Assembly: GCA_048937405.1 (NCBI GenBank)
Contig: JBHLNF010000002.1
Span: forward strand, 288,001 to 352,000
DNA from: Promethearchaeota archaeon
GTDB taxonomy: Archaea; Asgardarchaeota; Lokiarchaeia; Sigyniarchaeales; SOKP01
DNA length: 64,000 nucleotides
Direction of reading: 5' to 3'
In this document: piece after piece, positions 43,073-53,401 of the stretch
How positions within the stretch are numbered: position 1 is the stretch's first letter
How the letters are laid out: the number at the start of each line of letters is the position of its first letter
Program-made: the position numbers and the translations under genes
Notes under the pieces: model-generated
Seen by the model: only the letters and a program-made list of their open reading frames with translations
Told to the model about the DNA's origin: nothing
Database searches by the model: none

Positions 43073-44710
43073 ATGGAAATTTATGAATTTAATTCTTCAT
43101 CAATCTACCTTCCACGTGATCGAAACACAAACATAGAGACCATAAAAAGCATACTAAATGCTCCTAATGAGGCAATTTACTTGCAGGCGAGAAAACAATT
43201 TGGTGAAAATTATCACCCTTCCCTATTTGCGGAATTTGATTATCTTGAGAGAATAATATCTGGAGATGAAAATCACATTTATTATAATAATAGATCTGAT
43301 ATACATAACCTTAATAGTGATCTATATTTAGAAAATTTAAATAAAATCATTTCTCTTAGAATAAAAGAAATTCCTGAAGATAAAGAAGAACTTGCTTTAG
43401 AAGTTACTGAGAATTTGGATTTTTATCAATTTATTACTTATGATGAGCCAGATCTTTTAAAATTATTAAGCAAAGAACAATCAGAAATAATTTCGAATTT
43501 ATTAAAAATCAAAAGAGAAGAAAAAGATTATATAGACCTTCTTCAAAAAAAAGCCCATAATTATAAAGAAATCCAGGCAAAAGTTTTTGAATCTTTAAAA
43601 AAAATAAAAGACTGTCAACGAATCCATCAAGTTATCTCCATTTTTCTAATAAATAGTGTATTAATTCAATTAGATAAATTAACCTCTCGTCTGAGAACGA
43701 GTAATTTTGTTTATAAAGAAAATATTACACACTCTTCAATTTTACCTATAAAAGATCTAAACACTGAGCAAGATCTCGGTGATTTAAAAGATAATTTAAA
43801 ACAATTAATGAATAAAGCATTGGGATGGCGACTAGGGCTTCTTTTCATGGTTTGTGATACCTGCTTGAAGTTTTTAGACGACGTTCCTGTTCTTGAGCTA
43901 AAAGAGTTTGAAGGTTCTTATGCCGTAGGTTTAGGTCCATGTGGTAATTGCTCTATGATGTTTGCTAGTACTTCACTAATTTCATTGGATTCAACTTGTC
44001 ATTTTCTTTATAGTATGGGAGAGGATTGGTTAACCATACCGCTCTTCAACTATATATCATGTCCTTTTTGCGGTTATAGTGCACGGTTAGAAACTCCAGT
44101 AATGTTTCACTCTTTTAAAAGAAACCAAACAATATATTGCTTTCCAAGTTCTCTTAGGGGTAAATCCCCAGAACAATTAAATGATTTTAAAGGATTTTTT
44201 GAATCTGTTCGAAATTCTTATACAATCCGGTTATCCACCAAAGAAGTAAAAAATTTCAAAAAATCCATTGAATTAGTAACGTTTGGATGGTCAGAATTTG
44301 TTTATGCGATTCAAATGGGAAATCTTGATAAACAAGCCCATACAACTCTTATAAATAGGTATTCTCCTTCAAATCGTTATTTTATATTAGATCCTACTAA
44401 CAAGATTTCAATCGAATTAGCTCCTGAGGAGATAGATAAATATGATACCTGTGAGCCCAAATTCGAAAAATCTGAAATCATTAAAAATTTCATAAAAATA
44501 GAAAGTGTAGATGAAGCAATTGAATTGTATAATTCTGGTCAATTGTTAAAATCAAAAGAAATTCTTGAAAATCTTCTAAAGCAAGGAGGAGATAATTATG
44601 TTAAATATAATTTAGGAACAGTACTTTATGCTTTGGGAGAAGAAGAAAAAGCTAGAAAAATATTTTCCGAATTAAAAGAGATAGGATGGACACCATATTG
44701 GCAGATATAG
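43073..44710 (+). CDS. CpXC-like zinc-binding domain protein with C-terminal TPR
   Basis: CDTC, CGNC, SCPFCG...PVMFH...IYCFP, and YNLGTVLYALGEEEKARKIF. Confidence 0.65.
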   Translation: MEIYEFNSSSIYLPRDRNTNIETIKSILNAPNEAIYLQARKQFGENYHPSLFAEFDYLERIISGDENHIYYNNRSDIHNLNSDLYLENLNKIISLRIKEIPEDKEELALEVTENLDFYQFITYDEPDLLKLLSKEQSEIISNLLKIKREEKDYIDLLQKKAHNYKEIQAKVFESLKKIKDCQRIHQVISIFLINSVLIQLDKLTSRLRTSNFVYKENITHSSILPIKDLNTEQDLGDLKDNLKQLMNKALGWRLGLLFMVCDTCLKFLDDVPVLELKEFEGSYAVGLGPCGNCSMMFASTSLISLDSTCHFLYSMGEDWLTIPLFNYISCPFCGYSARLETPVMFHSFKRNQTIYCFPSSLRGKSPEQLNDFKGFFESVRNSYTIRLSTKEVKNFKKSIELVTFGWSEFVYAIQMGNLDKQAHTTLINRYSPSNRYFILDPTNKISIELAPEEIDKYDTCEPKFEKSEIIKNFIKIESVDEAIELYNSGQLLKSKEILENLLKQGGDNYVKYNLGTVLYALGEEEKARKIFSELKEIGWTPYWQI

Positions 44711-45312
44711 TTGATTTTATTAAGAATCCAATCGGTGCAATTACAGCATTAATAGGACTTATTGCTGCAATATTGGGGCTTGCTTATACCATTTTAAAAA
44801 TTATTAAAAAGATAAAAGAAATTAAAGAACAGCATAGAACTTCAGCTCTTCTAAAGATAACAAATCTTAACCTCTCAGGAACAAATTATAGTGAAACTAA
44901 GGAACTACGATTTCAATTAGTAAATGATGGAAAAACAACTGTTATTTTAAAGACAATGAAACTTACTATATCTGAGTGTGGTCCTAATAAAAATTTACGA
45001 ATGATAGTACCTGGAGCGGAACTACAAGTCTATGAATATAATTTGGATTTAGATCCAAATCAAAGTGAATATGAGATAATTTCTTCCAATTATACTAAGG
45101 AAAAACCTCCATTATTCTATAAAAATGGAGAAGCAGACGCTTTTCTCATAAAAATCTCCTCGCAGCAAGCTTATTGGTATCAATTTTCAATTCTGGTAAT
45201 TTGGTATTCCACTGATAAACCAAATGAAATAAGAAATACTCAAAGTCGAGAAATGAGAATTGAATTCTCTAAAACTGAACCAGAAGAAATATTAGATATG
45301 ATTGATCTCTAA
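44686..45312 (+). CDS. Membrane-anchored hypothetical protein
   Basis: N-terminal TM helix and beta-rich body. Overlaps the upstream gene by 25 bp. Confidence 0.7.
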   Translation: MDTILADIVDFIKNPIGAITALIGLIAAILGLAYTILKIIKKIKEIKEQHRTSALLKITNLNLSGTNYSETKELRFQLVNDGKTTVILKTMKLTISECGPNKNLRMIVPGAELQVYEYNLDLDPNQSEYEIISSNYTKEKPPLFYKNGEADAFLIKISSQQAYWYQFSILVIWYSTDKPNEIRNTQSREMRIEFSKTEPEEILDMIDL

Positions 45313-45340
45313 ATCTCAGAACTTCCGATTAAAAAAATTT

Positions 45341-45951
45341 TTAAATTCCGAATATTAAAATGAATGGTAATAAAGTAATGAAATGTAAATATAGATTATA
45401 TTTAACAAATTCTCTGATAAAATATGGTGTGTGTAATAGATTAAGATATCTTAATAAATCTTCGGAAATATCCTCTGAGGATTTAACTCTTTCAATAAGG
45501 TCCTCAGGATAAATTAGATTACTTGTTAAATATTGAAATTTCACCAAAGCATATATAATAATTAAAAAATTAATACCAAATAATATTATAGAAATAGAAC
45601 CAAAAACCATAGTTAGACGTCCTGGTGATGTAGTTCCAAAATAATATAAAAAGAAAAATCCAAAAAACACGGAATAAGAAATACTTAAGATTTCTAATGA
45701 TCTAATAATAACTAATCTTTTTGCGATAAAGACTTTACGATCTGTTCTTTTTTCTTTAAATTCTTTTTCTTCCCTCTCTGTTTTATAAAATGCAATTAAT
45801 ATTGGAATACCTTGATAAAAAGAAAATAGAAATAACCACCCAAATGGTCCCCAAAAAAAAAACCTGGAAAAGTAGTGAAAATAACAATTAAAGAAATACT
45901 AATAGGTATGGAAATTATGAAAATCTTACTTTCTCTTTCTAATTCTTTCAT
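45341..45951 (-). CDS. Membrane protein split by a homopolymer frameshift
   Basis: ATG at 45951 (MKELERESKIF...). The frame shifts in the A10 run at 45854-45863 into the frame of ORF 45341-45670. Confidence 0.6.
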
Positions 45952-46229
45952 ATTAATCTAAATTCAAACCATTTATTGATTTATGAAAATTATTGTTATA
46001 ATTGATTTCTTAAAAATAATGTACTTTACTTATTTATAATTGAAATTCAAGTTCTATATGAGGAGGACTGTATTTAAGTTTTTAGTTTTCAAGATTAATA
46101 ACATCCTTATATACATTTTTTTTCAATTGTTTTTTGCTGTTTACCAATAATACATTATTATTTCTAAAACCAGAAAATGAAAAAAACAAATAGATGATGG
46201 TTTTTATAAGATATTTAGTTTATTTTGTT

Positions 46230-46305
46230 TTTTCAAAGGATTTTTCATTGAAACCAGATGCTGAATTTACATTCCATTTCTAATTTCAAAGCAAAATTAG
46301 ACAAA
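46230..46305 (+). repeat. Dispersed repeat, copy 6 (long form)
   Basis: TTTTCAAAGGATTTTTCATTGAAACCAGATGCTGAATTTACATTCCATTTCTAATTTCAAAGCAAAATTAGACAAA. Confidence 0.88.
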
Positions 46306-46386
46306 AAGATTTTAGTCCTATAGATATTTATCTATATTTACTTCTCTCCTTATGAACTCTTAATACTTTTTTAGGACATAAATATC

Positions 46387-46899
46387 ATGGTTCGAAAAAT
46401 CAAGGTAGTTCCACATGATCCAAAATGGAAAAAAAAGTTTATTTTGGAAGCTAGAATCATTAAATCGATTTTTAACCAAGAAATCTTAGCAATCTATCAT
46501 ATAGGGAGCACGGCCATCCCTGAAATTAGTGCTAAACCTATTATTGATATTTTGGTTGAGGTGCATAATATTGATGTAATAGATGACTATAATGCTAAAA
46601 TGATTGAGCAGGATTATATACCCAAAGGGGAGTTTGGTATCCCTAGAAGGAGATACTTTATAAAAGGAAGTGAAGAATTTAGAACATTTCATGTTCATGT
46701 CTTTGAAAAAGGGAATCCTGAAATAACGCGTCATTTAAATTTTAGAAATTATATGATTGCTCATCCTAAAAAAGCGCAAGAATATAGCCAATTAAAAGAG
46801 AAACTCGTGCGAGAATACCCAGAAAATATAAATGGCTATATAAATGGAAAAGATTCCTTCATTAAAAACATAGATAAAAAAGCTAGAGATTGGAGATAA
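46387..46899 (+). CDS. GrpB (UPF0157) family nucleotidyltransferase-fold protein
   Basis: HIGSTAIP, AKPIIDI, HVHVF, FRNYM, YSQLK, YINGK. Confidence 0.93.
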   Translation: MVRKIKVVPHDPKWKKKFILEARIIKSIFNQEILAIYHIGSTAIPEISAKPIIDILVEVHNIDVIDDYNAKMIEQDYIPKGEFGIPRRRYFIKGSEEFRTFHVHVFEKGNPEITRHLNFRNYMIAHPKKAQEYSQLKEKLVREYPENINGYINGKDSFIKNIDKKARDWR

Positions 46900-46911
46900 T
46901 TTGTTTATAAT

Positions 46912-46958
46912 TTTTCTACGAAATTTTCATTGAACTCAGACTCTGAATTTACCTTTCC
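46912..46958 (+). repeat. Dispersed repeat, copy 7
   Basis: TTTTCTACGAAATTTTCATTGAACTCAGACTCTGAATTTACCTTTCC. Confidence 0.92.
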
Positions 46959-47082
46959 TGAAAGTTATGACTTCTATATCAAATCAGAATTTAATAGGAT
47001 TAGCAGAAATAAAAATTAAAAAAAAGGGAATCACATAAACAAATTAGCAGGATTGTAAACGTGGGTAAGTAAATCTTCAAAA

Positions 47083-47355
47083 TTATTCTTTTGAACCAAT
47101 TTTCGTTCGAATAATTTTAAACACTACGGGGTTATTCGGATCTGGACAACAAACCATTGTTGTATCCTTATCTTGGGACCAAGGAAAAGAACCGTCAAAT
47201 CTTAATGTGGTAATAGACGGATAAATCGTATGATACGCAGACTGGCAAAGTTTCCCAACGTCATCGGGATATTTAAATTTATCACCGACCTTATGCCCTA
47301 GAGGACATTCTCCTCTTTCGAGGATTTTAACAATCTCTAAAGTAATTTCATTCAT
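47083..47355 (-). CDS. TIGR04076-family small Cys protein
   Basis: CPLGHKVGD, LCQSA, CCPDPNNPVVFKI. Confidence 0.82.
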   Translation of the reverse strand: MNEITLEIVKILERGECPLGHKVGDKFKYPDDVGKLCQSAYHTIYPSITTLRFDGSFPWSQDKDTTMVCCPDPNNPVVFKIIRTKIGSKE

Positions 47356-47457
47356 TATTTTTCCACCTTTATTTAATAATTATTTTAATCTTTTCATTAA
47401 TTAAACTATTTCTTATCTTAGAGAGATTCTCCAATATTTCTAGAAGTACCTTCAATT

Positions 47458-47504
47458 TTTTCAAAGGAATTTTCATTGAAATCAGACGCTGAATTTACGT
47501 TTTC
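47458..47504 (+). repeat. Dispersed repeat, copy 8 (overlaps the acyltransferase stop codon)
   Basis: TTTTCAAAGGAATTTTCATTGAAATCAGACGCTGAATTTACGTTTTC. Confidence 0.92.
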
Positions 47505-48687
47505 TCAAATGAACTTTTTCAAGGACAAAATGACTCAATAGATAGCAAACTATAACTGTTAAAGGAAATACAATTGCCACTTTTAAAGTAGGATAAATTC
47601 TTAAGAATGCAAATCCAAGTGATATAACAATAAGGACGGGTGGATGAAGAAGGTACATATGATATGCGCTACTGGATAGGTTATGTAATATAGATCCTTG
47701 TTTATTGAATTTTGAGTAAAAAATCTTAATCAAAATAAAAATAACTCCCATACAGATGACATTATCAACCATAGCAAGTAAAAAAGCATGCAAATTGAGT
47801 CCCCCATTGAAATCTATAAATTCTTTGTCCATTGCTATAGCTAGAAAAAAATCAATATAAATTATTACGAGTGAAATTATTATTGTAATTAACCAAATTT
47901 TTACATGTCTTTTAGTCATTTTTTCGAACCAACGATACCTAATGCAAATAACTCCAATGCTGAACATCATTAGATACTGAATAAGTTGACCCCATGGTAT
48001 TTCCAAAGGGCGTACATCTATAGGTAAGAATATACGAACTAAAAAAGTAAGAAATCCTAACCCTATAGCTAAAAGAAGTAAATAAGAATATTTTGGAATC
48101 GAAAATTCCTTTGGAATTTTTTGCTGTACCCAACCTAACTTAGTTACTTGACGCCAAAGTGTATAAACAGCAGTGAATATTAGTAAAACCTTAAGAAACC
48201 ACATAGGGCCCCCAAATGAAATGAAGTTAATAAAATCTTCCCAAGATAAAAATCTACTGAAGTAATAATCTAAAAATGTTCCTTGCAGCATAGGGTTTGT
48301 ATTCCAAGAAGGGATCCCTAATTTTGCTAGGGTATAAATCATAAGAGGATTTATTAATAGGGTATAAACAAGGAGAGGGATGCCGAGACGAATAAGGCGT
48401 TCTTTCCAAAAACTGCGAACACCTTTTCGATCATAACTTTTAGGAGTAAAATAACCCCCTAATAAAAAGAATAATCCTAAGAGTGAAGTTTGAAAAACAC
48501 CTCCTATTGAAGCGACAAGTAGAAAGAAAATTTCACTGAATGGATCAACTGGATTAGATTCTTTATAATACCACCACCCTACTTCAAAATAAGTGACCAT
48601 TGTGTGCCAAAAAATCACTAGAATAGTAAAAAGGACTTTTATATTGTCAAGGAAAAGATACCGTATTCTCTCAGATTCTGTGTTCAT
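47482..48687 (-). CDS. Acyltransferase family 3 (MdoC/OafA-like) membrane protein
   Basis: FLDNIK...VIFWH, LFFLLGGYF, RLIRLGIP, GPMWFL, YLLHPP. Confidence 0.9.
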   Translation of the reverse strand: MNTESERIRYLFLDNIKVLFTILVIFWHTMVTYFEVGWWYYKESNPVDPFSEIFFLLVASIGGVFQTSLLGLFFLLGGYFTPKSYDRKGVRSFWKERLIRLGIPLLVYTLLINPLMIYTLAKLGIPSWNTNPMLQGTFLDYYFSRFLSWEDFINFISFGGPMWFLKVLLIFTAVYTLWRQVTKLGWVQQKIPKEFSIPKYSYLLLLAIGLGFLTFLVRIFLPIDVRPLEIPWGQLIQYLMMFSIGVICIRYRWFEKMTKRHVKIWLITIIISLVIIYIDFFLAIAMDKEFIDFNGGLNLHAFLLAMVDNVICMGVIFILIKIFYSKFNKQGSILHNLSSSAYHMYLLHPPVLIVISLGFAFLRIYPTLKVAIVFPLTVIVCYLLSHFVLEKVHLRKRKFSV

Positions 48688-48892
48688 ATGAAATATTATA
48701 ACCTTATTAACTCTATTTCTTCAACTCACAACGATTTAATTATTTTTTTTGATTTAAAACCCTTAGCATTTATTTACACATATAATTTCATCTAAGATCT
48801 TAATATTTTTTGTTTATTTGATTATATAATAAAAAGATGGGTTTTAAAAAAGAACATACCAATCTTATTACTTTTTATTTTGTCTTTTTGTA

Positions 48893-48972
48893 TGGAATTT
48901 TCACCAAAATCAGACTCTGAATTTACACTTCCATCCAATTTTCACAGAAAATTAAGACAAAATTTAAAAAGG
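48893..48972 (+). repeat. Dispersed repeat, copy 9 (long form)
   Basis: GGAATTTTCACCAAAATCAGACTCTGAATTTACACTTCCATCCAATTTTCACAGAAAATTAAGACAAAATTTAAAAAGG. Confidence 0.9.
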
Positions 48973-49057
48973 CTCGAACCGTGTGTTTCTTAAAAAGGAG
49001 GAAAATACAAATAAGAGAAAAATGCATTAGAACAAAAAAATGATCTAATGTAGAAAA

Positions 49058-50164
49058 ATGAGAGAGAATAAAATAATTACTGATATAGAGCAGTTAACAC
49101 CAGAATGGTTGACGAGGATCCTCAAAAATAAAGGATACTTTAACCAAGGAAAAGTAACTAAAATAATTAAGAAAAGATCACAAGAAACTATAACTTCTAA
49201 TGTACATTTCTTAGAGCTAAACTTTTCAAATGATGCTCAAACGGAACCATCTTCTTCTGAAATAGTTGTAAAAATCCCCAAATCCAATGACGTATCTAGG
49301 TTTGTTGGGAAACATGAAGCAAAATTTTATCGTATCGTAGCTGAAATGATGAGCGAAATGCCAATTCCAATCTGTTATGATGCAGCGTTTTCTGAAGAAA
49401 CTGGTTTTTCACATATTATCCTTGAAAATTTATCAAAAACACATGTGGAAAATTTCGAATATCCTCCTTCAAAACGAAATAATGAAAGAGCAATTGACTG
49501 TTTAGCAGAATTACATGCTTTTTGGTGGGATCACCCCATGCTTAAGGAACTATCGAAAAATTCTTACGTTCTTTACACATTTAAAGAAAATTCTTTTAAT
49601 AAAGAAGAAATTTTTAAATGGTTTAATAACCAGAAAATGACACTCAAGCCATTTTTAGAAATCTTAGGAGAACGAATAGGAAATAAAAGTAAGGAGTTAT
49701 TTAAAACCATATTCTCATTATATCCTCAAGTGGCATATGAACGAATCGCAAAAGAGAATATAACAGTAATCCATTGTGATGCTCATTTCGGGAATTTTTT
49801 CTATCCAAAAGACATAATAGATCAAAAATATAAAACAATATTACCTGATTGGCAAAATTGGAGTATCGGTGTAGGAGGTCAAGATCTAGCATATATGATA
49901 GGACTCTCTTTCTTTCCTGACTATCGGCATTTAATGGAAAAAGATCTTATCAAACGTTATCATAATAAGCTTTTAAAGTCAGGTGTGAAAAATTATAGCT
50001 GGGACGAGTGTTGGTATGATTACAAGTTATTTACTATATTAAATATTTACAGAATTATCTGGTGGTGGAGTATTGGTATACCTTCTATAGTTTGGTGGCC
50101 TCAATTAGAAGCTTCCATTAATACTATAAAAGATTTAAATTGTATGGAGCTTTTAGAAAGCTAA
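49058..50164 (+). CDS. APH/choline/ecdysteroid-kinase-like phosphotransferase
   Basis: VVKIP, EAKFY, IILENL, HCDAHFGN, DWQ, DLAY. Confidence 0.88.
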   Translation: MRENKIITDIEQLTPEWLTRILKNKGYFNQGKVTKIIKKRSQETITSNVHFLELNFSNDAQTEPSSSEIVVKIPKSNDVSRFVGKHEAKFYRIVAEMMSEMPIPICYDAAFSEETGFSHIILENLSKTHVENFEYPPSKRNNERAIDCLAELHAFWWDHPMLKELSKNSYVLYTFKENSFNKEEIFKWFNNQKMTLKPFLEILGERIGNKSKELFKTIFSLYPQVAYERIAKENITVIHCDAHFGNFFYPKDIIDQKYKTILPDWQNWSIGVGGQDLAYMIGLSFFPDYRHLMEKDLIKRYHNKLLKSGVKNYSWDECWYDYKLFTILNIYRIIWWWSIGIPSIVWWPQLEASINTIKDLNCMELLES

Positions 50165-50494
50165 AATACTTATAGTTTTTTTTTTAATAAATTTCATTGT
50201 TGGAATTGTGTCTTTAGTTCCGTACACCAGACTTAATATGAGAAGAAGGAAGAATCAGATGCAAAATCCTCGAAATTATAAATAACTCCTCTTTTTTTAA
50301 TTTAAAGAAAATTAAGCCTCTTTTTTTGAAAATTAATATATTGCTCGAAACCAATCACTGCATCCAGTAATATCAGTAACTTTATCTTTCATCCCTGGAA
50401 TATTTGCTAATAAAATATTGAAATTCAAGAATAAATTATATAAAAGAGCGTATCTTCCTCTCTTTTAATCCAATAATTTTTTACAAAAAAGTAA

Positions 50495-51253
50495 ATGAAG
50501 GATGAAATAATTATTAAAAGAAAAGTTTTATTGTTATCGATTTTCGCTATTCTTGTATTTTTTTCAGTAATAAATTTCTTGCCAGTTGTTCACGGTTTAA
50601 ACCTTAATATCAATGATGCAGAAAATGATGTTATCCGTAATTGCGGTACTGGGGACGATACTGGCGATTATTATGATGAAATAGATATTGTTAAACTCAT
50701 TATTTCTGGAAGAAATGTTAATGTAACAATAGCGGGTAGTTTAGCTAAGTGGAATCTAAGTCACTATGGGAGTGTTATATTTTCTGAATGGTTCAGGGCT
50801 GTTTCAGCCCCCAGTTATTTTGCATATAATGTTCCTTATTATGCTATTGATTACGATAATGACATTGGTTCGATGGTAGCTAAATTGGAAAAGGGATACC
50901 CTCTTAATGATGAAGGTTATGCTTATGAAGTTTGGAATGGTACTGCCTGGGAAGATAGATTTGATATGGTAGGAAGTCCTTTCAATATAGTAGACACTGT
51001 GACTAATCATTCAATAACTTTTTATATTCCTGATGCAGTTGAGGAACTTCCAAGCAATATGAAAGCAGTTGTCAGTAATCGTTTCTCAAAAATCTTTGGG
51101 AACTGTGATTTTATAGATTTTACTCCTCTTCCTTCTGATCATGGGATTAATTCTGATCAATGGATTTCTAGTTATGATATATTCGTACTTATATGTACTA
51201 TGATTGGTATTTCATTTATAATAATTAAAAACTACAAAACACAGAATCCATAA
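50495..51253 (+). CDS. Secreted protein with C-terminal sorting-like anchor
   Basis: Signal peptide, C-terminal ISSYD plus TM helix plus basic tail (Loki-CTERM-like). Confidence 0.7.
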   Translation: MKDEIIIKRKVLLLSIFAILVFFSVINFLPVVHGLNLNINDAENDVIRNCGTGDDTGDYYDEIDIVKLIISGRNVNVTIAGSLAKWNLSHYGSVIFSEWFRAVSAPSYFAYNVPYYAIDYDNDIGSMVAKLEKGYPLNDEGYAYEVWNGTAWEDRFDMVGSPFNIVDTVTNHSITFYIPDAVEELPSNMKAVVSNRFSKIFGNCDFIDFTPLPSDHGINSDQWISSYDIFVLICTMIGISFIIIKNYKTQNP

Positions 51254-51330
51254 AACAAATTATTTAATTTCTTATTTTTTCTTTAGCTATAATCTAAATT
51301 TAAAACCTTAACTCATGAAGGAATAATCTG

Positions 51331-51657
51331 CAGCGGTTATTCTTATATGAGAGTCATAATAACACCGTTTCGGGAAATAATATAAATTATAACTATCGTG
51401 GAATATATATACATGGCAGCTCTTATTATGGAACAATTAGTAATAGCAATTATATCTAAGGAAACACTTTAATCGGAAATTATTGTTGTATTTACAAAGA
51501 TGAAATTTGTTACGATAAAATTATTGAAAATAACGATTGTGGTGAAAGCAACGAGAGATTCCCTTTCGGAATTTTAATTTCAATTATTAGTATAGGAGGT
51601 GTAATAGGGATAGCAACCATCCTTCTAATTAGACACAAAAGGAAAGGAACGGGATAA
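51331..51657 (+). pseudogene. C-terminal remnant of a NosD/beta-helix surface protein
   Basis: Reads LYESHNNTVSGNNINYNYRGIYI...NYI*GNTLIGN...FPFGILISIISIGGVIGIATILLIRHKRKGTG*. Internal TAA at 51457, no start codon. Confidence 0.75.
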
Positions 51658-51839
51658 TACACTGTTATAATGGTACCTCATGAAACCTCTCCAAACACTT
51701 GACTTACCCTCACGCTCTAAGATTGAAACTTGAGTGTCTAAACACTAAAATAAAAAATTTTAATTATTTGAGAAGGTTCTATTTTATATAGTATCAAGGA
51801 CGCGGATTAGCGGTAAATATCAAGGAGAGTAATAAAAGA

Positions 51840-52342
51840 ATGAGGATTTTACTATTTCTCCATGGAACCTGTATCATGCACAGGAATGCCTTAGGTCTAT
51901 CAAGAATTCAAATAGTACAGCAGGTTATTGAGGATAATGATCATTCAATCTCTGATTTTGCTTCGTATATTCCAATTGGTAAAGTTATTAAGAAATTAAC
52001 ATCATGGAAAAATCAAGGGGCTGAGATTTCATATCTTAGTTCTCATTTAACTCTTGAAAACGTGAAAAGAGACGAAATTGTATTAAAAAAATGTAATTTT
52101 CCTAAAGGCACCATATTTTATCGACAAAAAGAGGAAGATTGGAACGTACAAATTGAAAAAGCAAAACCAGATATAATAATTGAAGATGATTGCGAGAGTA
52201 TTGGAGGAAAACATCAGATGACTTTCCCTAATCTTAAACCGGAATTACAATCTAAAATAATTTCTATTGTTATAAAAGAATTCGGGGAATTGATCATCTT
52301 CCTGATGATATAAATAGACTAAAGGATTTTGCTGCTGAATAA
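51840..52342 (+). CDS. HAD-like hypothetical protein, frameshifted near the 3' end
   Basis: One extra G in the G4 run near 52284 restores KEFGGIDHLPDDINRLKDFAAE*. IIIEDD motif present. Confidence 0.7.
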
Positions 52343-52359
52343 TGATATTTTAATAAGAC

Positions 52360-52436
52360 TTTTCAAAGGAATTTTCATTGAGATCAGACTCTGAATTTAC
52401 CTTTCCATTCCAATTTTCACAGAAAATTGGGACAAA
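52360..52436 (+). repeat. Dispersed repeat, copy 10 (best full-length copy)
   Basis: TTTTCAAAGGAATTTTCATTGAGATCAGACTCTGAATTTACCTTTCCATTCCAATTTTCACAGAAAATTGGGACAAA, with a perfect CCAATTTTC-ACA-GAAAATTGG hairpin at 52410-52430. Confidence 0.95.
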
Positions 52437-52532
52437 TATTACTTTATTAATGATACATTCGAGCAATAGTATTTTGTTTTTCAAAATTCATAACTAAATC
52501 CTATATCTATATACTATTTTATAATTCATTAA

Positions 52533-53162
52533 GTGGGAATTTCTCAAATAAATTTAAATAAAAGCTCTTTTATAATTAAGTACAAGTTAATCCCACTAAT
52601 TAGCAAAAAAATGAGAAAAATGAAATTAGCTAATAAACTAGTCATGCCTTTAGTTTTGGTTCTTTTATCTCTTCCAATTAATGTTGGAGCAACATATTGG
52701 CTTAAGGACAGTTTTGAGGAGTCTAAAGTCGTTAATAATGAATTTTGGTACTTTAATTTAGGATCGAGCACTGCATCTTACAAATTAGATATTGACATAA
52801 CGAGTGAAAGATCCATAGATGTTTTGTTTATGGATGATGAAAATTATTATAAATATGATTTTGGAAGTAATTTTACGTATTTTGCCGGAGCAAGTCAATT
52901 AGATATAACTTTCATGGACGTTGTTTATACTACAACTCCACAAATTGCTTACTTTTTAGTAATTGACAACACGGATAATGTACCGAATGGAGCAAGTTAT
53001 ACGGGTCCAACAAATGTAACTGTGAAGGTTATTTCTACGAGAGTAGATGGTAGTAACCTCACTATACCTGGTTATCCAATATTGATCCTTGGTGTATTTA
53101 CTGGAGTTGCTGTTATTATAAGCTATAAGAAAAAGAAAAAAAGTTTTAAATTTATAAAGTAA
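52533..53162 (+). CDS. Secreted protein with IPGY-TM-basic (Loki-CTERM/PGF-CTERM-like) anchor
   Basis: Signal peptide from an ATG near 52611-52620. C-terminal IPGYPILILGVFTGVAVIISYKKKKK. Confidence 0.75.
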   Translation: MGISQINLNKSSFIIKYKLIPLISKKMRKMKLANKLVMPLVLVLLSLPINVGATYWLKDSFEESKVVNNEFWYFNLGSSTASYKLDIDITSERSIDVLFMDDENYYKYDFGSNFTYFAGASQLDITFMDVVYTTTPQIAYFLVIDNTDNVPNGASYTGPTNVTVKVISTRVDGSNLTIPGYPILILGVFTGVAVIISYKKKKKSFKFIK

Positions 53163-53219
53163 ACTATTTCAAGTAAATTATTCTCTTTTTTTACCCCAAT
53201 AGAGAATAAAGGTTTGTTA

Positions 53220-53291
53220 TTTTCAAAGAAATTTTCATTGAGCTAAGACGCTGAATTTACCTTTCCATTCCAATTTCACAGAAAATTGGGA
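53220..53291 (+). repeat. Dispersed repeat, copy 11 (long form)
   Basis: TTTTCAAAGAAATTTTCATTGAGCTAAGACGCTGAATTTACCTTTCCATTCCAATTTCACAGAAAATTGGGA. Confidence 0.95.
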
Positions 53292-53401
53292 TTTAATGAT
53301 ATTTTATTTTTAAAGATTTGTTATATCTAAATTTATTAAAAAGATATTGTTTTTTAGAAATGCTCTGATTATTATAATTACTACCTGTAAAAGTAGCTAT
53401 T

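Noticed and set aside
52360-52436. Repeat as a coding remnant (SKEFSLKSDSEFTFPFQFSQKIGT, or reverse PIFCENW, which looks zinc-ribbon-like)
   Set aside because: Copies carry stops and 1-bp indels, have no start codon, and conservation follows the palindromes rather than codons.
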